A stretch of DNA of 64,000 nt from an uncultured bacterium (GTDB taxonomy: Bacteria > Patescibacteriota > Minisyncoccia > Phycocordibacterales > DATDWN01). A program made the translations under genes and the position numbers. Position 1 is the stretch's first letter, and each line of letters opens with the position of its first letter. The notes beneath the pieces were generated by a model. That model saw only the letters and a program-made list of their open reading frames with translations, searched no databases and was not told the origin of the DNA. This document shows, one piece after another, positions 9,179-18,229 of the stretch. The stretch is taken from assembly GCA_903861205.1 (NCBI GenBank), contig CAIOTC010000020.1, positions 39,976-103,975 on the forward strand, written 5' to 3'.

Positions 9179-10483
9179 ATGATATTTCTCAAACATATCG
9201 CAAAACAAATTTTCCAATACGAAGCGCGGCTTGTACTGCGCAGGTATCATCCTAAAATCATCGCTATTACCGGCAGTGTTGGAAAAACTTTGACCAAGGA
9301 TACGTTGTATGCCATTTTGTCCAAGAAATTTTTTGTTCGCAAAAGTGAAAAAAGTTTTACGACCGAGCTTGGCGTGCCTCTTTCGGTCATCGGCTGTCCG
9401 TATGGCAGTGGTTCTGTTTTGCAATGGACACAGAATATTTTGATTGGTCTTCGATTGCTTGTTTTCAAATCCAAATATCCGGATTGGCTCATTTTGGAAA
9501 TTGACGGTGACAAGCCCGGCGACTTTTTGAAATTGAGCTCGTGGCTTTCGCCGGATATTTTAGTCGTCACGGCGGTGGGTGGAGTGCCGGCGCATATTGA
9601 GGAATTTGGCAGTGACGTCGAAGCGTTTTTGAACGAGAAAAAAAGTTTGATCGATTCCGTCTCGCGCGATGGAGTGATTATTTTCAATGAAGATGACGAG
9701 GTGACAGATCGACTGGTCAAGGGCGCATCCGCGAGGACAATCTCGTGTGGGACGACTTCGGATTGTGCCGTCAGTTCAAAAGATTTCAAAATATTGTACA
9801 GCAAAACAAAAAACGGCCAAACGGTAAACGGCATGTCTTTTGAAATATTTATTAACGGCAAATCATGTCCGGTAACCATTTTGTCGTATCTCGGAGAGCC
9901 GATTCAGAATGCCGTTTTGCTTTCCGTGGCCGCGGCGAAAGAGCTCGGCGTTTCTCCGGAAGATAGCGTGGCGATCCTCGGCAAATTAAATTTCGCGCCG
10001 GGACGGATGAATCTCGTAACGGGATTGAAGGATACGATTATCATCGATGATTCGTACAATTCCTCGCCGATTGCTATGAAGCAAGCCGTGGCAGTTTTTT
10101 CGCAGATTAAAAATGTCGGCCGAAAAATCGCGGTCATCGGCGACATGTTCGAGCTCGGCAGATTTTCAGCGCAGGAGCATGTTCGCATAGCCCAGGAACT
10201 TCACGGTGTCGCTTCATATGTCATTTGTGTCGGTATTCGCAGTCGCCGAATAGGCGAAGAATTGCTCTCGCTCGGCTTTGACGAGTCGTCGCTTGTTTGC
10301 GTTGACACATCATACGAAGCCGGAAATATTTTGCAAAATATTATTCAAGCGGGAGATTTGATTTTAATAAAAGGCTCGCAAGCTATGCGCATGGAACGCG
10401 TGGTCGAGGAGGTGATGCGCCACCCGGAGGACAAAGCGACCGTTTTGTGCCGTCAAGAAAGCGAATGGTTGGGTAGGGAATAA
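9179..10483 (+). CDS. murF: UDP-N-acetylmuramoyl-tripeptide--D-alanyl-D-alanine ligase MurF
   Basis: Mur ligase P-loop ITGSVGKT, and central and C-terminal Mur ligase domains. Follows ftsI. Confidence 0.85.
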   Translation: MIFLKHIAKQIFQYEARLVLRRYHPKIIAITGSVGKTLTKDTLYAILSKKFFVRKSEKSFTTELGVPLSVIGCPYGSGSVLQWTQNILIGLRLLVFKSKYPDWLILEIDGDKPGDFLKLSSWLSPDILVVTAVGGVPAHIEEFGSDVEAFLNEKKSLIDSVSRDGVIIFNEDDEVTDRLVKGASARTISCGTTSDCAVSSKDFKILYSKTKNGQTVNGMSFEIFINGKSCPVTILSYLGEPIQNAVLLSVAAAKELGVSPEDSVAILGKLNFAPGRMNLVTGLKDTIIIDDSYNSSPIAMKQAVAVFSQIKNVGRKIAVIGDMFELGRFSAQEHVRIAQELHGVASYVICVGIRSRRIGEELLSLGFDESSLVCVDTSYEAGNILQNIIQAGDLILIKGSQAMRMERVVEEVMRHPEDKATVLCRQESEWLGRE

Positions 10484-10492
10484 TTTTTCATA

Positions 10493-10534
10493 AAAAAAGC
10501 CCCGGAGCGGACTCAGGGGCATCGGGCTTTTTTT
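10493..10534 (+). terminator. terminator-like hairpin after murF (aaaaaagccc...gggcttttttt)
   Basis: GC stem flanked by an A-run and a T-run, so it could act bidirectionally. Confidence 0.55.
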
Positions 10535-11101
10535 ACGAACATTTTTGCGAACAAAAACAGAACAAATAACAACTCGCTCAGATCAGGGGGTGGGTTATTC
10601 CGCCCGTCTAGTCAACTTGTGCTTTCGCACCTGCTGGCCAAAATTGCGGGTTTCCCCAACCTCCTGATACTTTCGCATCCGTCGGCCGCATTTTTGTGCG
10701 CCCAAAGATACCCATATTACCATCGACAAGTGGACTTGCCTTCGGCTCCCAGGGTGGGGATTTGACCGTCTAGTCTTTTGTTGGCTCTAAACCAAATGCT
10801 GTTTATCCTTACCGGCATTCCAAGGACGTTTACTTCTGCCAGAATCCCTTTGGATTTGGAGATTAACCCGACAGAAATAATTTTTCGGTTTGGTCAATGA
10901 TACAAGGACTGCTCTTGTTTTGTCCCGCTTTTGACGGCGAAACTTTGAAGGGAATTTCTTCCCACTGATTGCTTAGCTTTAAACTGAGAGCAAGATATCC
11001 ACTCTACGCTCTCCAATCAGTACAGCCTTCCGTATCTGTTCCGGTTCTGGTGGCAAATATACACTTGTCGGATGAAGATGGTGGGAAGATGGAGATGAGA
11101 T

Positions 11102-11129
11102 AAAAAAACAGCACACCACTTGGGTGCGC
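11102..11129 (-). terminator. rho-independent terminator downstream of the metalloprotease gene (minus strand)
   Basis: On the minus strand: gcgcacc-caagt-ggtgtgc followed by tgttttttt. Confidence 0.6.
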
Positions 11130-11145
11130 CGTTATGAAGTCGAAC

Positions 11146-11787
11146 CTAAAACTGTTTCCGATTGAGTGCTTTGTCTTTCGCGATTGCAATAGCCGCCTCA
11201 CTCAGTTTTTCTGATCCCATACATTCCGCATTCATGAGAGAATCATCCTTGATATCAGGAACTCCCAGTAAATGACCAATTTCATGAACCATGACAGAGG
11301 TCTTACTACATTCTCCGGGATCGCCAACAATCCAAACCGTAGGGTTATCACCACCAAGCACACTGCACGCAATCGCAATTTCACTCCTGCATACGTCACG
11401 TTTATCGGCCACGAGGGTAAAAGATGGTACCTTTACTTCTTTTTGCCAGATTTCCGTCGCCCGCATTGCCGCAGGAGCCCATTCTTTCCAAAGCGCAAGA
11501 TTCTTTTTGTCTCGCTTATCTACCATGGAAATTTTGAATTCCTCGGTAGATGTCACCTTTTGTTCTTTTGCGGTTGCTGATGACCCTGTCGAAACAGAAG
11601 TTCGATTAGCAGTCGATCTCCCAAGGAGCGTTCCCATTGCGAAAACTAACAAAGTAAAACTAATGGACCAAAGAATATTGAAAAGGTTTTGGTCAGATAC
11701 GACCTTTTTTGTCTCAACGCCTTCAGTTACACCACCCACCGTGCACGGGTATTCGTAAGTTGCTGCCAAACACTTTTGAACTTGCAT
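11146..11787 (-). CDS. membrane-anchored zinc metalloprotease with HEIGHLLGVPD motif (snapalysin/M7-like metzincin)
   Basis: HExxHxxGxxD zinc-binding signature. N-terminal TM helix. AGGAGG RBS 8 nt upstream of the ATG. Confidence 0.6.
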   Translation of the reverse strand: MQVQKCLAATYEYPCTVGGVTEGVETKKVVSDQNLFNILWSISFTLLVFAMGTLLGRSTANRTSVSTGSSATAKEQKVTSTEEFKISMVDKRDKKNLALWKEWAPAAMRATEIWQKEVKVPSFTLVADKRDVCRSEIAIACSVLGGDNPTVWIVGDPGECSKTSVMVHEIGHLLGVPDIKDDSLMNAECMGSEKLSEAAIAIAKDKALNRKQF

Positions 11788-11837
11788 TGTTTATGCCTCC
11801 TGGCTCAGGATAGCATACTAAATCTGAAAGTCAAGTG

Positions 11838-11909
11838 TGACCCTACGCGGGGTCGAACCGCGCTTCTAGCCTTGAGAAGGCTATGTCCTAGCCGATAGAC
11901 GATAGGGCC
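11838..11909 (-). tRNA. tRNA-Glu (anticodon CUC), CCA not encoded
   Basis: Cloverleaf read by eye: acceptor GGCCCTA/TAGGGTC, anticodon stem TAGCC/GGCTA with loop TTCTCAA, T arm CGCGG-TTCGACC-CCGCG. Confidence 0.8.
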
Positions 11910-12199
11910 GTGAAATAAATATAACATTCCAATGATCTTTTGTCACTTGTTTTTATTTGGTGGGGGAATATAATGTAGGTGTGAGTTGAGTTAGGGTTGT
12001 GTGGTTGAGGTTGAGCGATGATATTCATCCTCCCTCCCACACAAGACCCTTCCGTCATTCACAAGTTCCTTCTGACAGGCCGATCGAAACTAGTATCGAT
12101 CACTCTGTCACTTATGTTTTGGCAAGTTGATATCAATTTGCCCCGTTTCCCACAAAGGCGTCCTTCGGGATGGCCTTTTTTGCTATGAAAAATTTTTTA

Positions 12200-12229
12200 C
12201 AAAAAAAGTGGCACTGATTTCTCAGTGCC
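12200..12229 (-). terminator. rho-independent terminator (minus strand) after the small hydrophobic peptide gene
   Basis: On the minus strand: ggcactga-gaaa-tcagtgcc followed by acttttttt. Confidence 0.55.
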
Positions 12230-12231
12230 GG

Positions 12232-12348
12232 TTAATGCTTGCTTGTTGCAATGCAATATAAAACTGTCACAAGGATCAATGATCCGACAAACTCGCAAGA
12301 AACGAGAATAAATAACTTTGAAAAATATTCACATATTGTTTTGCTCAT
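12232..12348 (-). CDS. 38-aa hydrophobic peptide (MSKTICEYFSKLFILVSCEFVGSLILVTVLYCIATSKH); small membrane peptide, possibly type-I-toxin-like
   Basis: Not in the ORF track because it is under 60 aa. It has its own TTGACT-17 nt-TATAAC promoter (12398-12370), GGAGG 10 nt upstream of the ATG, and the terminator directly after the stop. Confidence 0.3.
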   Translation of the reverse strand: MSKTICEYFSKLFILVSCEFVGSLILVTVLYCIATSKH

Positions 12349-12452
12349 TTCCTTTGAACCTCCGAAATAGTTATACATGAACTGTATGATAAAGTCAAAC
12401 CCTGTTAACATCTTTTGTGGTTTTGCTGTGGCAGATTGTATATAATGTATAC

Positions 12453-15179
12453 ATGGAGCAATTTAAAAGTCCGCAGGAGGAAATAAATTTTTTGCGCGAG
12501 CAGATTACCAGCAAAGAAAAAGTCTTGAGCGAAAAAGATTTCAGCGTGGAAAAAGATACCCTGGTTCACGATCAGATTTCTCGTTACCGCGATGCCAGTC
12601 CGGCCGAAATTTTGCACCAGGATTACGCGCTCACCCCGGAAAACACAAATGAAATTGTTCTGAATCTGACGCCGGAACGCCACGACAAAAAAATAAAAGA
12701 GTTGGTTAAAATAATGGACGAAAAAGGCGTCAAAAATGCGCTGTCTGTTTTGTCGAAGTTCAAAGATCCGCACCTGGAAGACGACTTTCACCGCTTTTTG
12801 GTTCAATATGTCAAGGGTGGCAAGAAGCCGAAAGATTTCGCGCCAAAGGAAGAAAAATTCCGCGGCGTTGACATGGTTTTGTACGAGGTTGTTTTGCCGG
12901 AGGATAATTTTTCCTCACCTGGTGAGGAAAAAAACAAAACACTCAAGGAACTTATTTCCAGCATGGAGCAATTTTTTTCCGGCATGCTTTCGGTCACGAC
13001 TAAAGACGAAAAAGGAAATTACATTTCGCTGGAAATCGCCAATTCAAACGGCAGTGACCAGTTTATTTATTATGTGGCTGTGCCGGCAAAATACAAAGAT
13101 CTTTTCGAAAAGCACATCATTTCCGTTTTTCACAACGCGCGTTTGACGGAGAAAATCGACGACTACAATGTTTTCAACGAGGAGGGTTTTTCCGTCGGTT
13201 CGTGTTTGAAGACGAAAGAAAATCCGATTTATCCGTTCAAAACTTACGAGCAATTTGACCACGATCCGATGAATGTGGTGCTCAACAGCTTTTCCAAAAT
13301 CAAAAAAGACGGTGAGGGTGCCGCGCTTCAGATTATTTTTGCTCCGCGAGGGGATTATTATTACAAACGCTACGAATACGCGGTCAAGCAAATTGAAAAA
13401 GGCGTCAAAACGAAGGAAGCGATAAATCAGCCGGAAACATTTTGGGGTGAAGCGGGTCAGACATTAAAAACTTTGTTTGTTGAGCCCGAGAAAAAGGACA
13501 AGGACAAACCTGTCGACAATGATGCAATAACCAAAATCCGGGCCAAAATGTCGAGCACTATCGTGGCCACCAATATTCGCTTGGTTGTTTCGAGCCAGAA
13601 TCAAACCGACGCCGAAAATATTTTGCATACCATCGAGTCTAGCTTCAACCAATTTTCCGACACTGCTTCAAACGGTTTAGTCTGGAAGCACATTGAAAAG
13701 AGCGCGTTGCAAAAAATGTTCCGCGAATTTTCATTCAGAATGTTTAATGGAGATGAGACGATTCCACTCAATTTGCACGAGCTGACAAGTCTTATTCATT
13801 TCCAAACCAACACACTTTCGCCAACGCCACAGCTCAAACAAACACAGTCTGTCACTGCGCCTGCGCCGGCCGATATGAAAAATAGCGGGACATTTTTGGG
13901 TGTCAACAATTTCCGCAATGTTGAGACAAAAGTTTTCATCGGCGACGAAGATCGTCTGCGGCACATGTACATCATCGGCCAGACCGGTGTTGGAAAAACT
14001 GTTTGTTTGAAAAATATGGTTATCCAGGATATCGAGCGAGGCAACGGCTGTTGTTTTATCGATCCGCACGGCACAGATATTTTGGACGTTTTGGCCAACA
14101 TTCCGCAGGAGCGTTTTCAAGATGTCATTTATTTTGATCCGAGTTACACGGAACGGCCGATGGCGCTCAATATGCTCGAATACGATCTGCGATTTCCGGA
14201 ACAGAAAACTTTTGTGGTCAACGAACTGTTTTCCATTTTCCAAAAATTATACGGCGGGGTTCCGGAGTCGATGGGGCCGATTTTCGAGCAATATTTTCGC
14301 AACGCCACCATGCTGGTTATCGAGGATCCGGAGACCGGTTGTACACTGCTCGACGTTTCGCGCGTCATGGCCAACAAAGCTTATCGCGATTTGAAAATTT
14401 CTCGCTGCAAAAATCCGGTGGTGGTGGAGTTTTGGAAAGAAGTGGCCGAAAAAGCCGGTGGGGAAGCGGCGCTCTCGAACATTGTGCCGTACATCACCAG
14501 CAAGTTCGATGTCTTTTTGGCCAACGACATCATGCGGCCGATTATCGCGCAGGAAAAATCGTCCTTCAATTTCCGCGATATCATGGATAATAAGAAAATT
14601 TTGCTGGTCAACCTTGCTAAAGGCCGGCTCGGCGACATCAACGCAAACTTGATTGGGCTCATTTTGGTCGGAAAGATTTTGATGGCGGCACTCTCGAGAG
14701 TAGATTTGTTGACACCCGGTGTCAATGAGTTGTCCCCATTTTATCTTTACATCGACGAGTTCCAAAACATCACCACTGATTCGATTTCCACTATTTTGTC
14801 GGAGGCGCGCAAATATAAATTGTCGCTGACCGTAGCGCACCAGTTCATTGCCCAGCTCCAGGAAAAAATTCGCGACGCCGTTTTTGGCAATGTCGGCTCG
14901 ATTGTCTCTTTCCGCGTTTCAGCCGAGGACGCCGAATATTTGGAAAAACAATTTTCACCTGTTTTCACAGCCAAGGATATTATGAATATTGATAACTTGA
15001 ATGCGTACGTCAAAATGCTGGTGGATGGCCGGGCCGAAAAAGCATTTAACATCAAAGAACCATTTCCGCCAGCCGGCAATCCGGCTATCGTCGAATCATT
15101 AAAACAACTTTCATATCTGACATATGGTGGCAATCGCGCCGAAATCGAAGCGGGGATTTTGCAGAAGTACAAAAAGTAA
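12453..15179 (+). CDS. P-loop ATPase of the TraG/VirD4 coupling-protein / HerA-FtsK superfamily with a large uncharacterised N-terminal domain
   Basis: Walker A YIIGQTGVGKT, CFIDPHGTD, Walker B LYIDEFQN, arginine finger-like VAHQF. About 470-aa N-terminal domain with no obvious homology. The start is most likely the ATG at 12453, directly after tgtatataat (the track ORF begins at 12417). Confidence 0.55.
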   Translation: MEQFKSPQEEINFLREQITSKEKVLSEKDFSVEKDTLVHDQISRYRDASPAEILHQDYALTPENTNEIVLNLTPERHDKKIKELVKIMDEKGVKNALSVLSKFKDPHLEDDFHRFLVQYVKGGKKPKDFAPKEEKFRGVDMVLYEVVLPEDNFSSPGEEKNKTLKELISSMEQFFSGMLSVTTKDEKGNYISLEIANSNGSDQFIYYVAVPAKYKDLFEKHIISVFHNARLTEKIDDYNVFNEEGFSVGSCLKTKENPIYPFKTYEQFDHDPMNVVLNSFSKIKKDGEGAALQIIFAPRGDYYYKRYEYAVKQIEKGVKTKEAINQPETFWGEAGQTLKTLFVEPEKKDKDKPVDNDAITKIRAKMSSTIVATNIRLVVSSQNQTDAENILHTIESSFNQFSDTASNGLVWKHIEKSALQKMFREFSFRMFNGDETIPLNLHELTSLIHFQTNTLSPTPQLKQTQSVTAPAPADMKNSGTFLGVNNFRNVETKVFIGDEDRLRHMYIIGQTGVGKTVCLKNMVIQDIERGNGCCFIDPHGTDILDVLANIPQERFQDVIYFDPSYTERPMALNMLEYDLRFPEQKTFVVNELFSIFQKLYGGVPESMGPIFEQYFRNATMLVIEDPETGCTLLDVSRVMANKAYRDLKISRCKNPVVVEFWKEVAEKAGGEAALSNIVPYITSKFDVFLANDIMRPIIAQEKSSFNFRDIMDNKKILLVNLAKGRLGDINANLIGLILVGKILMAALSRVDLLTPGVNELSPFYLYIDEFQNITTDSISTILSEARKYKLSLTVAHQFIAQLQEKIRDAVFGNVGSIVSFRVSAEDAEYLEKQFSPVFTAKDIMNIDNLNAYVKMLVDGRAEKAFNIKEPFPPAGNPAIVESLKQLSYLTYGGNRAEIEAGILQKYKK
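14709..14725. repeat. palindromic repeat ttgacacccggtgtcaa (GACACC[C/G]GGTGTC family) inside the ATPase CDS, encoding LTPGV
   Basis: Perfect 17-nt palindrome. A member of a family with at least 8 copies in the window. Confidence 0.75.
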
Positions 15180-15195
15180 AACCCCGCCGACGACC

Positions 15196-15423
15196 TTAGT
15201 CGTTGACGGGGCACACGTGCTCGTTGGCCTCGAACCTCATCTGACGAGACCCAACAAGTCTCCGGAAGTTTTTGAGTTCGGCGAGAAATTCTTTTTCTTT
15301 GCGATCTCTCTCCGCGAACTCTTTTTTCCTCATTGCGCCCAACCTCCCGAGTCGGGACAAGGCATTGTGATCTCCAAGCCGTTGGGCAGTTAAAACGCTC
15401 GGCGGTTTTTCGCGATTTCTCAT
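15196..15423 (-). CDS. small basic Lys/Arg/Glu-rich protein (75 aa), hypothetical
   Basis: On the minus strand gtataat then aggagg 7 nt before the ATG. A hairpin terminator overlaps the stop of the convergent ATPase gene. Confidence 0.4.
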   Translation of the reverse strand: MRNREKPPSVLTAQRLGDHNALSRLGRLGAMRKKEFAERDRKEKEFLAELKNFRRLVGSRQMRFEANEHVCPVND

Positions 15424-15501
15424 ACCAAACCTCCTGATACAATTATACTACCAACCAATATAAAAGTCAAGCTAAACTGTGGATAACTAAACCAATTTTT
15501 G

Positions 15502-15520
15502 GACACCGGGTGTCAACGAA
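15502..15520. repeat. palindromic repeat family copy gacaccgggtgtcaacgaa (intergenic), followed by aggagggct as in the uvrC copy
   Basis: Shares about 31 nt with 24838-24868 (ggacaccgggtgtcaacgaaWaggagggctWa). Confidence 0.75.
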
Positions 15521-15541
15521 TAGGAGGGCTTAGTTGAGCCA

Positions 15542-16000
15542 CTAATTGGTGAGGAGTTCATCGACAACGGATTTGACTGTGTCGCCATCGGTTTGACCTT
15601 TGAATTCTTTCATCAGCGCACCCATGAATTTGCCCGCGCCGGATTTGTCGGTCACTCCAAGTTCCGCTTTTTTGGCCACAGCCACTTTCATAACATCTTC
15701 TCGTGACATCATTTGCGGTAAGTAAGTTTCCAAGATGGCCATTTCGGCTTTTTCACTTTCCGCCAGTTCTGGTCGTCCGCCTTTTGTGAATTGTTCAATC
15801 GAATCTTTGCGTTGTTTAACTTGTCTACGGATGACGGCAATAACCTCGTCATCTTTCAGTTCTTCCGTCGGTGGTCGTTTGGTGGCGACAAGTTCATTTG
15901 TAAACCCGGCCAAAAGTCCGCGCAAAACGGACAATCGTACTTCCTCCCGTGCCCTCATGGCTTCTTTGACTTGATCTCGAATTGTTTGTTGTAGTGACAT
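15542..16000 (-). CDS. GatB/YqeY domain protein
   Basis: 152-aa protein with a conserved YqeY-family fold pattern (LRGLLA...YLPQ...). Confidence 0.75.
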   Translation of the reverse strand: MSLQQTIRDQVKEAMRAREEVRLSVLRGLLAGFTNELVATKRPPTEELKDDEVIAVIRRQVKQRKDSIEQFTKGGRPELAESEKAEMAILETYLPQMMSREDVMKVAVAKKAELGVTDKSGAGKFMGALMKEFKGQTDGDTVKSVVDELLTN

Positions 16001-16001
16001 G

Positions 16002-16316
16002 TTATTTATTTTGTAATTGTCTTTCCAATTTGGCGATTCGCATTTCGTGGTTTTTAAAACTTGTTTTCATGGCATCAACAACCATCACAAGCGGTCCTAA
16101 AATATTTTCAATATTTTTCATTCTGTCATCTATGCTGTCCAATTTTAATTTAACTTCGAACATTGATCTATCCAAACCATCTACTCTTTTTTCCAATACG
16201 TCGAACCTGTTTTCCAAGACATCGAATCTTTTGTCTTGCCCTGCAAATCCTCCTTGAACCATAATAGCCAAGTCATCGATGGTTATTTCTTTTTTTGCGG
16301 AGACTTTCTTTTTCAT
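16002..16316 (-). CDS. hypothetical coiled-coil protein with internal KRFDVLENRFDVLEKRVD repeat
   Basis: 104-aa ORF one nt upstream of yqeY on the same strand. Heptad-like repeats. Confidence 0.45.
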   Translation of the reverse strand: MKKKVSAKKEITIDDLAIMVQGGFAGQDKRFDVLENRFDVLEKRVDGLDRSMFEVKLKLDSIDDRMKNIENILGPLVMVVDAMKTSFKNHEMRIAKLERQLQNK

Positions 16317-16389
16317 AATTTACATTATATCAGAGTGTAAAAAAAGATAGCAAGATGAATTCTTTAATTTTTCCTGTTATAATATAGTT

Positions 16390-17430
16390 ATGGAGATAAT
16401 ACTCTATATTCTTATTGGGCTAGTGGTTGGTGGAACGATCGCATATTTATTGCGGTCGAAGCCAGAAACAAACGACACCGGGCTCAAACTAATTCTCCAG
16501 CAAATCAATGAGCTCAATCGCACGGTGGATGCCAAAATCGGCGAAAGTAGCCGGCATATGAACGAATCGGTGCGGACGCAACTTGGCGAGTCAGCCAATT
16601 TGATTCGTGAAGTGACGAAAGGTTTGACCAAACTCGACGAAACGAATCGTCAGGTGGTTTCTTTTGCCGATCAACTCCAAAATTTGCAGGACATTTTGAA
16701 AAATCCGAAACAGCGCGGAATTTTAGGCGAATATTATCTGGAAACGTTGCTGAAAAATGTTTTGGCGCCGGCGCAATATCAGATGCAATACGCTTTTGCC
16801 AGCGGGGAAATTGTTGACGCGGTTGTTTTTGTCAAAGATAAAATCATTCCGATTGACTCCAAATTTTCGCTTGAAAATTACAACCGTTTGACCGAGGCCA
16901 AAGATCCGACCGAAAAAGATCGGCTGGAAAAACTTTTTGTCAGTGACCTGAAAATCCGCATTACCGAAACGGCCAAATACATTCGGCCAGCCGAGGGGAC
17001 GATGGATTTCGCTTTTATGTTCATTCCACACGAGGCTATTTATTACGATTTACTCATCAACAAAATCGGTGGAATTTCCGACGATACGGAAAATTTGATT
17101 CAACGTGCGGCCGGAAAATACAAAGTCATTATTGTTTCGCCGACTTCATTTCTGGCTTACTTGCAAACGGTTTTGCAAGGACTCAAAGCCATGCAAATCG
17201 AGGAAACGGCCAAGGATATTATCAAACGTGTGGGCGAGCTCGGCGAACATTTGAAAAGGTACGAAACATATCACGGCAAGTTGGGCACTTCGCTCGAAAC
17301 GGTGGTCAATCATTTCAACGCTTCGAGTAAAGAATTCAAAAAAGTGGACAAGGATGTCATGCGAATAACTGGCACGTCGGTGGACATCGAAACGTCGCTG
17401 ATTGAAAAACCGGAAGATAGTAGTCAGTAG
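16390..17430 (+). CDS. rmuC: DNA recombination protein RmuC
   Basis: N-terminal TM helix, long coiled coil and a C-terminal RmuC nuclease-like domain (FMFIPHEAIYYDL...). Confidence 0.75.
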   Translation: MEIILYILIGLVVGGTIAYLLRSKPETNDTGLKLILQQINELNRTVDAKIGESSRHMNESVRTQLGESANLIREVTKGLTKLDETNRQVVSFADQLQNLQDILKNPKQRGILGEYYLETLLKNVLAPAQYQMQYAFASGEIVDAVVFVKDKIIPIDSKFSLENYNRLTEAKDPTEKDRLEKLFVSDLKIRITETAKYIRPAEGTMDFAFMFIPHEAIYYDLLINKIGGISDDTENLIQRAAGKYKVIIVSPTSFLAYLQTVLQGLKAMQIEETAKDIIKRVGELGEHLKRYETYHGKLGTSLETVVNHFNASSKEFKKVDKDVMRITGTSVDIETSLIEKPEDSSQ

Positions 17431-17487
17431 TTAGTAGATAGCATTTAGGAATAAATAGGAAAAATTATTATTAATTATTACAAAAAT

Positions 17488-17766
17488 ATGAAATTTTTTT
17501 GGGAATCAAAACCAGCGGTTGTGGAGCAAGATCAAGAAAAAGTGGCGGAACTCGTGCGCATGGTGCAACAATGGTCAAATGTTGAATCGTTTGCCAGTGA
17601 GCCGGGTTCTTCTCACGGTGGTGATAATACAAATGTTTCAGAATTAGTTGCAAATATTTCTGAACAAGCAAAAACATTGTCATCAGATCAAATCGACGGC
17701 GCATTTAAAATGGCACAATTAAATGATGAGGAAATAGGTAGATTGAAAGAATTGCTTGGTAGGTAG
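17488..17766 (+). CDS. hypothetical protein (92 aa)
   Basis: ORF with ordinary codon usage and no recognisable domain. Confidence 0.35.
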   Translation: MKFFWESKPAVVEQDQEKVAELVRMVQQWSNVESFASEPGSSHGGDNTNVSELVANISEQAKTLSSDQIDGAFKMAQLNDEEIGRLKELLGR

Positions 17767-17789
17767 GCGGGTGTGGATAAGTGATTGCA

Positions 17790-18131
17790 ACAAAAAACAC
17801 TTCATGATAAGTTAATATAGGAAATACGTTCGCGATCAGCACGCTTTGAATTGCCATAACTCGCTCTACCTCGTTTAGCTGCGTAGCCACAAAACTGTTC
17901 CGCAGCTCGGACTAAATGCGATCGATTATCGAGATGTCGGTTGCAGGCAGTTAACCCGTTCAACCAGGAGGTAACCCCCCCGTGAATATTCATTCTCCTC
18001 CGATGAAGGATGGCGGCGACTAGCGTTCCCAGTGCCAAAGGGTAAGTTGCGGGGCGGCCGCGAGTGGCCCCCCGCAACGCAAATTTGTTCATTCGTTTTC
18101 ACACGACGACCCTTCGGGGTTGTTTTTGTTT
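17790..18131 (+). ncRNA. candidate structured noncoding RNA 1 (family unassigned), ending in a rho-independent terminator
   Basis: About 340 nt of GC-richer noncoding sequence with strong internal hairpins, e.g. gttgcgggg-cggccgcgagtggc-ccccgcaac. It ends in gaccc-ttcg-ggggt followed by tgtttttgttt at 18104-18131. No ORF with coding character. Confidence 0.25.
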
Positions 18132-18229
18132 AAAAATTTATTGTGGAAAACTGCTTGCGTAAAAAATTACTACATGATATCTTAATGAAGAAGTTGTTCA
18201 TTTTTGTTGAGGAGGAATTTCTCTTGAAG

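Noticed and set aside
10535-11100. Attempt to place tmRNA or RNase P RNA here or at 17790-18440
   Set aside because: I could not find the diagnostic elements: a tRNA-like acceptor or T-arm with a CCA end, a tag reading frame ending in ...AA, or the P4 strands GGAAAGUCCGG and CCGGCUUA. A tentative GNFFPLIA* frame is unlike known tags. Left as unassigned structured RNA candidates.
12405-12806. 133-aa minus-strand ORF and other antisense ORFs inside the ATPase gene (13044-13391, 13731-14243, 14247-14840)
   Set aside because: They lie entirely antisense to a long ORF that has clear Walker motifs. Typical shadow ORFs.
14747-15442. 231-aa minus-strand ORF overlapping the 3' end of the ATPase gene
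   Set aside because: It overlaps the ATPase CDS for most of its length. Only the short 15196-15423 ORF in that region, in a different frame, has promoter and RBS support.
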